Notes under the pieces: model-generated
What the model saw: the letters and a program-made list of their open reading frames with translations, nothing else
Told to the model about the DNA's origin: nothing
Databases searched by the model: none
Assembly: GCA_031257995.1 (NCBI GenBank)
Contig: JAIRNN010000028.1
Location: forward strand, 1-32,910
Reading direction: 5' to 3'
Source of the DNA: Spirochaetaceae bacterium
Lineage (GTDB): Bacteria > Spirochaetota > Spirochaetia > Treponematales > Breznakiellaceae
DNA: 32,910 nt
Made by a program: the position numbers and the translations under genes
Part shown: in pieces, positions 25,763 through 32,910 of the stretch
Position numbering within the stretch: the stretch's first letter is position 1
Layout: each line of letters begins with the position of its first letter

Positions 25763-26119
25763 CCCCCGTAGGGGGAGCCGCCGCTCTTTCCCATCACGCC
25801 GCCCCCAAGGAAGGCCCCTGTGGGGCGCCCCGCGAGTGGGGGTTGGCTCTCCCCAGAATGGGGGGCCGCCGCTCTTTCCCTTCAAACCGCGCCCAAGGGA
25901 AGCCCCTGCGGGGCCTCTCGCACCGGACGGTGCAGACCTCCTGCGCCGGACGGTGCGAACCTCTTGCGCCGGGCGGTGCAGACCCCCTGCACCGGGCGAT
26001 CCGAACCTTTCGCACCGGGCGATCCTTCCCCCGTAGGGGGAACCGCCGCTATCTCCCCTCACGCCGCCCCCAAGGGAAGCCCCTGTGGGGCCCGCCTCCA
26101 AGGAAAGCCCCTTCGGGGC
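25763..26119. repeat. Repeat mosaic: three ~64-nt modules (25763-25826, 25851-25914, 26028-26091), a 23-bp tandem x4.6 (25920-26025), and a partial module (26097-26119)
   Basis: Module: CCCCC-GTA-GGGGG + RRCCGCCGCTMTYTCCC.TCA..CCGC.CCCAAGGRAAG + GCCCC-TGY-GGGGC. 23-mer units: GCACCGGACGGTGCAGACCTCCT / GCGCCGGACGGTGCGAACCTCTT / GCGCCGGGCGGTGCAGACCCCCT / GCACCGGGCGATCCGAACCTTTC. Confidence 0.85.
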
Positions 26120-26123
26120 GGGC

Positions 26124-26198
26124 GGGGGCGTTGCGGGGGTGTCCCCCGCAGAGGGGGTAGGACGCAACGAAGTGCGGCCGGAGGGGGAGGCTTCCCCC
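26124..26198 (+). repeat. Family R element, copy f (short form)
   Basis: GGGGGCGTTGCGGGGGTGTCCCCCGCAGAGGGGGTAGGACGCAACGAAGTGCGGCCGGAGGGGGAGGCTTCCCCC. Confidence 0.8.
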
Positions 26199-26269
26199 TT
26201 TTTGCTTGCTACCCGCATTTTTCCTTCCTTGACGCGCTCTCCCGTAAGGGGGCGCCGCCCGTTGCCCCA

Positions 26270-27271
26270 TTATCCATGCCTCCTCAAGGGTCTGCGGGGC
26301 AGGTTCATTATCAGTACGGACAAGACCAGCAGCAACCCCAGGATGATGAGTATGAGCTGGGCGGACACGTTGATGAGGCCGAGGCCGTAGTTGAGGAAGC
26401 CGATGATGAAGATGGCGAGGAGGGGGCCGGCGATTCTGCCTGTGCCGCCTGAGGTGCTGACCCCGCCGAGGACGACCATCGCGATAACATCGAGTTCGTA
26501 GTTCATCGCGACGTTGGGGCGCGTGCTGCCCATGCGCGAGGTGAGGAAGATCGAGCAGACCGCCGACATGAAGCCGACCAAAAGGCCCACGATGAGGAGG
26601 ACGCGGTCGGTACGGATGCCGGAATAGCGGCAGGCGAGCAGGTTGCTGCCCATGCCGTAGACGGCGCGGCCAAACGAGGTGCGGTGCAAGAGGAGGCCGA
26701 AGATGATGGCGGCGGCGGCGAATACGATGAATATGAACGGTACCGGGCCGACATAGCCCCACGCGAGGAACGAAAACCATGCGGGAAAGCCGCCTGACGC
26801 GCGGTTTTCGAGGATGACGTAGGCCGCGCCGCGATAGATGGTCATCGTCGAGAGCGTAACGATCATCGCGGGGAGTTCGCGGAACTTGATGAGGAGGAGG
26901 CTGTTCACGCCGCCCAGAGCCGTGCCAATGACGAGGGCGAAGACGAGCGCCGCCTGCATCGGGATGCCCGCGTTGTAGATGACGGCCATGAGTACCGAGG
27001 TGAGCGCGACGATGGAGCCGACGGAGATGTCGATGTTGCCCAGAATGATGACGAGCATCATCGGGAGGACGATGAAGGCTTTGTCAAGGAAGTTCATCGG
27101 CGCGGAAAGAAAGGTGTTGGCCGAGAGATACCACGGGGAGAGGAGCGAGTTCATCACGTTGACGAGCAGGAATATGATGACGAGAAGCCACTCCCACTGG
27201 AAGAAGAAGCGTTTCCAGCTCCACGGTTTTTCGAGGGTGAGGATTCTTTTTGACAAAGCGCTTTCGCTCAT
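26270..27271 (-). CDS. Sugar ABC transporter permease (RbsC/RhaQ-like)
   Basis: 333 aa, about 9-10 hydrophobic segments, typical BPD_transp_2 pattern ...GNIDISVGS...GG.S..GG.G. ATGA overlap with the upstream permease stop. Confidence 0.9.
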   Translation of the reverse strand: MSESALSKRILTLEKPWSWKRFFFQWEWLLVIIFLLVNVMNSLLSPWYLSANTFLSAPMNFLDKAFIVLPMMLVIILGNIDISVGSIVALTSVLMAVIYNAGIPMQAALVFALVIGTALGGVNSLLLIKFRELPAMIVTLSTMTIYRGAAYVILENRASGGFPAWFSFLAWGYVGPVPFIFIVFAAAAIIFGLLLHRTSFGRAVYGMGSNLLACRYSGIRTDRVLLIVGLLVGFMSAVCSIFLTSRMGSTRPNVAMNYELDVIAMVVLGGVSTSGGTGRIAGPLLAIFIIGFLNYGLGLINVSAQLILIILGLLLVLSVLIMNLPRRPLRRHG

Positions 27272-28359
27272 GACGCGCCTCCTGTTTTGCTTGTTTTACC
27301 CGCTATCGCGGCGGCCCGCGCGCGGAGCACCGCCTTGTCGTTGTTCCGTTTGATGAGTACGTTGGTGATGATGGCGGCGAGGATGACCACGCCCTGTATC
27401 GCCTGCTGCCAAAACGGGGACACGTTGATGAGGGGGAGGGCGTTGGCGAGTATCCCAAAGAGGATCACGCCGAGGATAAGGCCGGAGACCTTGCCCCGCC
27501 CGCCCGACACGCTCACGCCGCCGAGAACGCAGGAGGCGATGACGTTCATCTCGTAGCCGGCCGCGGTGTCTCCCTGGGCCGAGGCGAACTTCGCCACCCA
27601 CAAAACGCCGGCGAGCCCGGAGAGCGCGCCCATGAGGAGGTAGACCAGCGTAACGATGCGCCGCCGGGGGAGGCCGATGATTCCGGCGGCTTCGGCGTTT
27701 GAGCCGACCGCGTAGATCCGCCTGCCCGTCCGCGTGTAGGTGATAAAATAGAAGAAAACAATGTAGAGCGCTACGGCGATCACGATGAGGTTGTTCACGC
27801 CGAGGAAGCGGCCCGTTGCCATGCCCTTGAAAGCGTCGCTCATCTGGTAGGCGCTCACCCACGAGCCTTTGCTCACCACATAGGTGAGGCCCCGGATCAC
27901 GTTCATGAGTCCGAGGCTGGCGATGATGGGGAGTATCGAGAACCGCGCGACAAGGAGGCCGATGAGGAGGCCGAAACCCGCCCCGATGAGGGCGCCTTCC
28001 AGCACGAGAACCACGGGCGGGATGGAAGGACGGGCGAAACAGGTCAACGCCGTTACCATGCCGGAGAAGGCCATCGTCGCGCCGATGGAGAGGTCGATGC
28101 CGCCTGTGAGCAGCACCATCATCATGCCGATGGCGAGGATGCCGAGGATGGCCGTGTTGACGAGCAACTGGTTGATGTTGATCGCGGTCAAAAACTCTTT
28201 GTTCCGCGCCTGAACGACGGCGCTCACCACGACAATAAAAATGACGAGGCCCGCTTCCCGAAAGCGTTCCGCGCCGCGGGCCTTCCTGCCGTCCTTTTTG
28301 AAAAATCCGCCCGCCAGCCCGCCTTGAAAAAGCGCCTTACCGGTCAGTCCCATAGCCAT
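27268..28359 (-). CDS. Sugar ABC transporter permease (RbsC/RhaP-like)
   Basis: 363 aa, polytopic. ...TGGIDLSIGA...GGVS.SGG.G. Start overlaps the ATPase 3' end. Confidence 0.9.
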   Translation of the reverse strand: MAMGLTGKALFQGGLAGGFFKKDGRKARGAERFREAGLVIFIVVVSAVVQARNKEFLTAININQLLVNTAILGILAIGMMMVLLTGGIDLSIGATMAFSGMVTALTCFARPSIPPVVLVLEGALIGAGFGLLIGLLVARFSILPIIASLGLMNVIRGLTYVVSKGSWVSAYQMSDAFKGMATGRFLGVNNLIVIAVALYIVFFYFITYTRTGRRIYAVGSNAEAAGIIGLPRRRIVTLVYLLMGALSGLAGVLWVAKFASAQGDTAAGYEMNVIASCVLGGVSVSGGRGKVSGLILGVILFGILANALPLINVSPFWQQAIQGVVILAAIITNVLIKRNNDKAVLRARAAAIAGKTSKTGGAS

Positions 28360-29858
28360 TCCTCCATTGCCGCCTTGAGAATGTCTTCGGAGGTGGCGTT
28401 TCTGGTGTCCATTGTCGCGGTAACGGTTCCTTCCCGCATCACGACGATACGGTCGCTCATGCCCAGCACTTCGGGCATCTCGGACGAGATCATAATCACG
28501 CCGTATCCCTCCGCCGCGAGGTCGTTCATAATCGCGTAGATCGCCGTCTTCGCGCCGACATCGACGCCTTTGGTCGGTTCGTCAAGGATAATCACCTTCA
28601 TATCGGAGGTGAGGAGTTTTCCCACGATGACCTTCTGCTGGTTGCCGCCTGAGAGAGTCGAAACGAGGTCGTGTACGCTCACCGCCTTCACGCTGAGTTT
28701 CTCGGAGAGTTCTTTTGCCATCCCGTTCTCTTTTCGCGTGTCAAGCCAGCCGAAGCGGGAACAGTCCTCCAGCACGGGGAGGCTGATGTTCTTGGCGATT
28801 TCCCAGCGGAGGACGAGCCCCTGTTTCAGGCGGTCTTCGGGCAGATAGCCGATTCCCGCCTCAATCGCCTGGTCCGGTGTCGGGTGGTCAAGCGGCTTTC
28901 CGTTCAGCGTAATCGTGCCCGAATCGTAGCCGGTGATGCCGTAGACCGCCTCGCAGACCTCGGTGCGCCGCGCCCCGACAAGTCCGGTAAGCGCGAGCAC
29001 TTCCCCTTTGCGGACGGCGAAACTCACGTCGGCAAAGAAGCCTAAGCGGGTAAGGCCCTCCACGCGCAAGACCTCCTCGCCGATCCGCGCCTCGCGTTTG
29101 GGGAAGAACTGGACGATCTCGCGCCCCACCATCGCGGTAACGAGGTTCTTGTTGTCAACATCGGCGATGTCCCACGTGTTGATATACTTTCCGTCACGGA
29201 GGACGGTTACGCGGTCGGCGAGCCGGTATATATCCTCGAAACGGTGCGATATGAAGATGATCGACACGCCCTCTTCCCGCAGTTTTCCCGTGATCTTGTA
29301 GAGGTCTTCGCTCTCGCGGTTCGAGAGCGGGGCGGTCGGTTCGTCCATGATGATGATGCGGGCGTTCGTGGACAGCGCCTTCGCGATCTCGACAATCTGC
29401 TGCTGGGCAACGGAGAGCGCCCCCATCGTGGCCCGCGCGTCAAAGTTCGCCCCCAGCCGCGAAAGCAACTCGTCCGCTTCCCGGTTCATCGTCTTCCAGT
29501 CGATACGGTGAAACGGCGCGGCGGTCTTTTCGTGGCCCATGAAGATGTTTTCCATCACGCTGATGTCGGGGAAACAGGTAACGTGCTGGTAGATGGCCGC
29601 GATCCCCAGCGCCTGCGCGTCCAGCGGACCCCGGATATGCGCGTCCTTCCCGTCCACGAGAAATTCCCCGCCGTCCGGCTGGTGCACCCCCGTGATGATC
29701 TTAATAAACGTCGATTTCCCCGCCCCGTTCTCGCCCATCAGCGCGTGAATCTCCCCCTTTCGGAGCGAGAAATGCACGTCATCAAGCGCCTTCACGCCCG
29801 GAAACGTCTTTGAGATATGGCGCAGGTCAAGAATACACTCACCGTTTGACATAATCAT
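28344..29858 (-). CDS. Sugar ABC transporter ATP-binding protein, duplicated ABC domains (RbsA/RhaT-like)
   Basis: Walker A GENGAGKST, signature LSVAQQQ, Walker B IIIMDEPT. Second domain LSGGNQQK, VIILDEPT. GGGGTGA precedes the ATG. Start is at 29858 or 29852. Confidence 0.93.
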   Translation of the reverse strand: MIMSNGECILDLRHISKTFPGVKALDDVHFSLRKGEIHALMGENGAGKSTFIKIITGVHQPDGGEFLVDGKDAHIRGPLDAQALGIAAIYQHVTCFPDISVMENIFMGHEKTAAPFHRIDWKTMNREADELLSRLGANFDARATMGALSVAQQQIVEIAKALSTNARIIIMDEPTAPLSNRESEDLYKITGKLREEGVSIIFISHRFEDIYRLADRVTVLRDGKYINTWDIADVDNKNLVTAMVGREIVQFFPKREARIGEEVLRVEGLTRLGFFADVSFAVRKGEVLALTGLVGARRTEVCEAVYGITGYDSGTITLNGKPLDHPTPDQAIEAGIGYLPEDRLKQGLVLRWEIAKNISLPVLEDCSRFGWLDTRKENGMAKELSEKLSVKAVSVHDLVSTLSGGNQQKVIVGKLLTSDMKVIILDEPTKGVDVGAKTAIYAIMNDLAAEGYGVIMISSEMPEVLGMSDRIVVMREGTVTATMDTRNATSEDILKAAMEEWLWD

Positions 29859-29888
29859 TCATTATCACCCCGCTTTTTCGCGCCGTAA

Positions 29889-29921
29889 ATGGATAAAACA
29901 CTTGCAAGCATGGACAAAACA
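29889..29921. promoter_or_regulatory. Candidate operator: direct repeat ATGGAYAAAACA x2, 21 bp apart, flanking the palindrome CTTGCAAG, 31-63 nt upstream of the ABC operon start
   Basis: ATGGATAAAACA 29889-29900, CTTGCAAG 29901-29908, ATGGACAAAACA 29910-29921. Confidence 0.35.
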
Positions 29922-29994
29922 GTGAAATTGAGGCGATGGACGAAGCGCATTGACTTATATGTTAGGGTGGGGAAGGGGGAGATGCGGCCCGCAA

Positions 29995-30345
29995 AGGCAC
30001 CGATTTTCATCACAGGGAATCGCAGGTGAGCACAGATTAAAATCAGCGTAATCTGTGAACAATGAAGCCCTTTCGCATTTTCCGTGATAAAAGAATAAAA
30101 CCACAGAAGGCGCGGATTAACGTGGAATAGGGCCTACAGATTCGAATAAAAGTCCGCAGATTAACGCGGATTGTCACGGATTAAAAGGAGCCAGGTATGA
30201 AAATCCGCATTGCCATATATTCGTCTCATCCGTGTCCGGGGTTATACGAAAAAAAAACGGCATTGCCGAAAGCCAAAGCGCCGCGATAGAAGTCCCGCGA
30301 GACCGGATTTGTGTCCGGCCTCTGTAACGTGTCCGGATTTTGGAA
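29995..30345. repeat. Family D motif cluster D (largest)
   Basis: CACCGATTTT, TCACAGGGAAT, CACAGATTAA, TAATCTGTGA, TTTTCCGTGAT, CCACAGAAGG, CGCGGATTAA, CTACAGATTC, CCGCAGATTAA, CGCGGATTG, TCACGGATTAA, AAATCCGCAT, TCATCCGTGT, and further CCGGATTT copies to about 30345. Confidence 0.7.
30249..30268 (-). terminator. Weak candidate intrinsic terminator downstream of the large ORF
   Basis: The minus strand reads CGGCAATGCCG followed by T9 (A-run 30249-30257 on +). The stem is only 4-5 bp. Confidence 0.3.
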
Positions 30346-30375
30346 CCGGCGTTGGTTATTCCCGCGTAACCCGCA

Positions 30376-32910
30376 TCACTCAATCCAAACCGCTATCCAT
30401 TTACCGGCAAGATCCTCTTTCACCGTTACCCTAATCGTATCCGATTCCCGCAAGACCTGAACGGGCAGATCCGGGGTGTAGAAGTCCACCGAACACGCGC
30501 CGGAACGGACCGCGCCGGTTCCGAGGCAATCCGGCAGGGTAAGTTCGCAAGGCGCATCGGCTTTCACGATCATAAGCCCGTGGATCAGGGGATTCCTCAG
30601 AGGCTCCTCTACCAGGGTCCAGGTCAGGGTAACGGGCTTATCCGCAAAGGTATATTCCTTGCCGTCAATGGCGAGACCCCGGCAGCCTGAGCCGCTGAAA
30701 CCTGCCAGGTTCCCGTCTTTGCCGAGCCGGTAGCTCAGGGTGTCCGTTCCCCGGTAGCTTATGCGGCGCCCCCGGATTTCTTCTCCCGAAAGGAGGATAT
30801 CGATCGGAGGCAGGGTACGGCCTGCCAGGAGCGCGCGGTCTTTTTCCTCATCCCGAAAAAAGGTACCGTACCAGTCCTCGGTGAACCGGCGGTAGTGGTT
30901 GGTGAGCGATACCGCTCCGTTAGGGAAAACATTCATAACATACCGCGCGTCTTTCGGCCTGGATCGGGCTTCAAGGCTGCCGGGGCCGTAAGCGCCCAGA
31001 GTATGCAGCACATCGAAAAGGGCGGATACATCATCGCCTGTGGAACCGGACTGATCGTCCCGGAGACGGAATCCAAAATAAGCCGCCACGCCTCCTTCTC
31101 CCGGTCCGGGGTACTTTTTAAGGACCCCGACCGTTAACCCCTCCGCCGCAGCCACCGGTTCCGCGTCCCCGGGGGTGGGGGCATACACATAGTCGGGCAG
31201 CAGGTCCGTAAGGATCCGCATGGGCGGGATTGCCGCCAAGGGGCCGGAAAAAACAACATCCTTACCGGCCATCAATCCCGGCCGGCTCATGGGCTCTACC
31301 GCCTTTAGGCCGAAAAGATCCAGGAAGGTCCGGTGAACATCCGTATTCGCCGTTTCTTCGTTCATAACCCCCGGGGCCGCCATCCATACCAGTTTACCGC
31401 CTCCGCGGACAAAACGGGCCAGCAGATCCAGGGTTTGTTTTTTGACAAAGGGTTCAAAGAGCGCCACGATTCCCCGATACTTCCTCCCCAAGATTTCAAG
31501 CCGGTTGTCTTCCGTCAAACGCCCGTACTGGAGCAGTTTTTCTGCGGTAATATAATTTCCATAACCGTACTGTACCATCCAGGAACCAAAACGCTCCTCC
31601 ACATAGTTGAGCTCCAGGGGGTAAAGAAGGAGTACATCGGTATCCCGGTGCTCCATGCCCTGTACCAGCGCGTGGGACAGAGGCGCGCCGTGGGCCGCCA
31701 CGCCGTAGGCTTCTCCCACATTCCGGAGCCGCCTGAGGACTTCATTCGGGCTGCCCCAGCTTGCGCAATAGGCATAGGGAAAGCGGTTAAGAACACCGAA
31801 GGAACAGGCCAGGGCTTCGGCATAGTAATCCCGGTCGGTATTTCCGCCTTCAGGATGATCGTTTCCGGAACCGGTAAGGAATTCGTTCCACCGGAAATAG
31901 TCGTAACAGGCGGCGGTATTCTCCCGGATGGAGCTGGACCAGACATAGGCCGGTGTATAATCATACACCTTCCCCCGCGCCGCCGAACCGGGAGCCATGG
32001 CGGAAAACACATCCCCTTCAAAGTAACGATCGCAGGTCGGGGATTCCTGCCATGTCGCGTGAGCCCGGGTCATGATCGGAGCGCCGAAGAGTTTTTCCGA
32101 ATACTCAAGGGCATCCACGCTGAGATCCACCACCCGGCGGGAAAGCAGCTCGAAATAGCGCTTGCGGAAAAGCCAGGTCTCGTAGACAGCCCGAGGGTCT
32201 TTTCCGAAGACATGCTGGGAAGCCTCGTCCCCTCCGTGCTGGTGATAGGGAAAATACACCATATACTTGAGGAAATTCCGGTACTTATCCCCGTAGCGCC
32301 GGGCAAACTCGTTGATAAGCGCCGGGGTAACATACCGGGTCGTGATTTCCGTCAGGCCGAAATGATTGATCAGGTCCCAGTCGAACTGGATGTGCATCTC
32401 GTCGGAATAATACCCCTGGTAACGGACCCCCGCGTCTTTATGAGCGCGGATAACTCCGTGCATATAATCCGCGGCGGAAGCGTCAAAATAATCCAGCTCC
32501 GGCGTCCGGTACACCGCCACGATCAGGGCCCGCTGCTTCCCGCTTGCCGCGCGGCCGCTGACCCGCATCTTCCCGTAGCCCCAGCCGGAGCCGGTAACGG
32601 TAAAGGAGCTTTCGTCAATTTCAACCTTAACGCTTTCCGAAATATCGTCGATGGCGTTTTCATCTACATAGTAGTACGGCGAATTACCGATCCGCTCTTC
32701 GTCAAAAGCCAGCGCATGGACCCGTTCCAGTTTGAGCTTGACAGGACCCTTGTTGTTGTACCATTGCCGCTGGAGCGTCATGGCTGCATCAAAGGCGCCG
32801 CCCTCCAGGGCACATTCCTGAAACTGCCAGGAAAACCCGGTGTTGTCATGCCTTTGGGCAAAACCGCCGCCTATATCAAGGGGCGAAATCAGGGAGGCCC
32901 CGAAGGTCAT
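30376..32910 (-). CDS. Large uncharacterised protein (at least 844 aa, no signal peptide). May continue beyond the window edge.
   Basis: Uninterrupted 2.5-kb ORF with codon usage like its neighbours. The ATG sits exactly at the window end, so the true start is unknown. I recognise no catalytic motif. A central VALFEPF...GGGKLVWMAAPGV segment resembles flavodoxin-like/GATase-like modules found in some glycosidases (weak). Confidence 0.8.
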   Translation of the reverse strand: MTFGASLISPLDIGGGFAQRHDNTGFSWQFQECALEGGAFDAAMTLQRQWYNNKGPVKLKLERVHALAFDEERIGNSPYYYVDENAIDDISESVKVEIDESSFTVTGSGWGYGKMRVSGRAASGKQRALIVAVYRTPELDYFDASAADYMHGVIRAHKDAGVRYQGYYSDEMHIQFDWDLINHFGLTEITTRYVTPALINEFARRYGDKYRNFLKYMVYFPYHQHGGDEASQHVFGKDPRAVYETWLFRKRYFELLSRRVVDLSVDALEYSEKLFGAPIMTRAHATWQESPTCDRYFEGDVFSAMAPGSAARGKVYDYTPAYVWSSSIRENTAACYDYFRWNEFLTGSGNDHPEGGNTDRDYYAEALACSFGVLNRFPYAYCASWGSPNEVLRRLRNVGEAYGVAAHGAPLSHALVQGMEHRDTDVLLLYPLELNYVEERFGSWMVQYGYGNYITAEKLLQYGRLTEDNRLEILGRKYRGIVALFEPFVKKQTLDLLARFVRGGGKLVWMAAPGVMNEETANTDVHRTFLDLFGLKAVEPMSRPGLMAGKDVVFSGPLAAIPPMRILTDLLPDYVYAPTPGDAEPVAAAEGLTVGVLKKYPGPGEGGVAAYFGFRLRDDQSGSTGDDVSALFDVLHTLGAYGPGSLEARSRPKDARYVMNVFPNGAVSLTNHYRRFTEDWYGTFFRDEEKDRALLAGRTLPPIDILLSGEEIRGRRISYRGTDTLSYRLGKDGNLAGFSGSGCRGLAIDGKEYTFADKPVTLTWTLVEEPLRNPLIHGLMIVKADAPCELTLPDCLGTGAVRSGACSVDFYTPDLPVQVLRESDTIRVTVKEDLAGKWIAVWIE

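Noticed and set aside
25716-26277. 12-bp direct repeat CCCATTATCCAT as a definite target-site duplication
   Set aside because: By rough estimate, a 33-kb window is expected to contain tens of chance 12-mer repeats. It is mentioned in a finding only as a possibility.
25544-26780. Long ORFs across the repeat region: 25544-26218(-), 25554-26036(+), 25820-26452(+), 25843-26160(+) and 26049-26780(-).
   Set aside because: They are translations of tandem and hairpin repeats (for example the repeated HSAKCAGTLC and PQGKPLWG strings) or antisense to the permease gene. The 22- and 23-bp periods are not multiples of 3.
30197-30289. 30-aa mini-ORF (MKIRIAIYSSHPCPGLYEKKTALPKAKAPR) with a strong SD (AAAGGAG, 7 nt) on the + strand, between two minus-strand genes
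   Set aside because: It lies wholly inside family D repeat sequence, there is no supporting promoter, and the composition is not protein-like. It is most likely a chance SD-plus-ATG, but ribosome profiling could check it.

Overview
Chromosomal segment, probably from a spirochaete. That placement rests only on my recall of Treponema-like EF-Tu and r-protein sequences and on gene order, and I could not verify it.

Layout:
- 0.6-19.1 kb, + strand: a small coiled-coil ORF, rpsL-rpsG, tuf, then the contiguous S10/spc/alpha ribosomal cluster (rpsJ through rplQ, including secY, rpmJ, rpoA). A 60-aa Cys4 ORF abuts rplQ, followed by nth.
- 19.3-21.7 kb, + strand: a YesM/YesN-type histidine kinase and AraC-type response regulator.
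- 22.06-22.90 kb, + strand: a visibly AT-richer, decayed lipoprotein gene carrying an HExxH motif.
- 23.1-29.9 kb, - strand: a rhamnose-type sugar ABC operon (ATPase, two permeases, binding protein, a sugar-isomerase remnant, rhaM).
- 30.4-32.9 kb, - strand: an 844-aa protein I do not recognise, running to the window edge.

The unusual content is non-coding:
1. A spacer-less array of 19 x 22-bp palindrome-bearing units, plus a 23-bp tandem and 64-nt modules, fills a 1.36-kb gap inside the ABC operon.
2. A ~158-nt element with a 28-29-bp hairpin occurs twice as direct repeats flanking the binding-protein gene. The two copies differ by compensatory substitutions.
3. A GC-rich composite hairpin element (family R) is present in at least 7 copies, including inside the rpsG-tuf and rpsM-rpsK junctions.
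4. Clusters of a degenerate CRCRGAT(TAA) motif (family D) sit at four operon boundaries.

The ribosomal cluster is also interrupted twice: between rplP and rpmC, and between rplN and rplX. The second interruption has its own promoter and a small membrane-protein ORF. L24 carries a Cys4 motif.

No CRISPR array, tRNA or rRNA gene, transposase or recognisable defence genes were seen.
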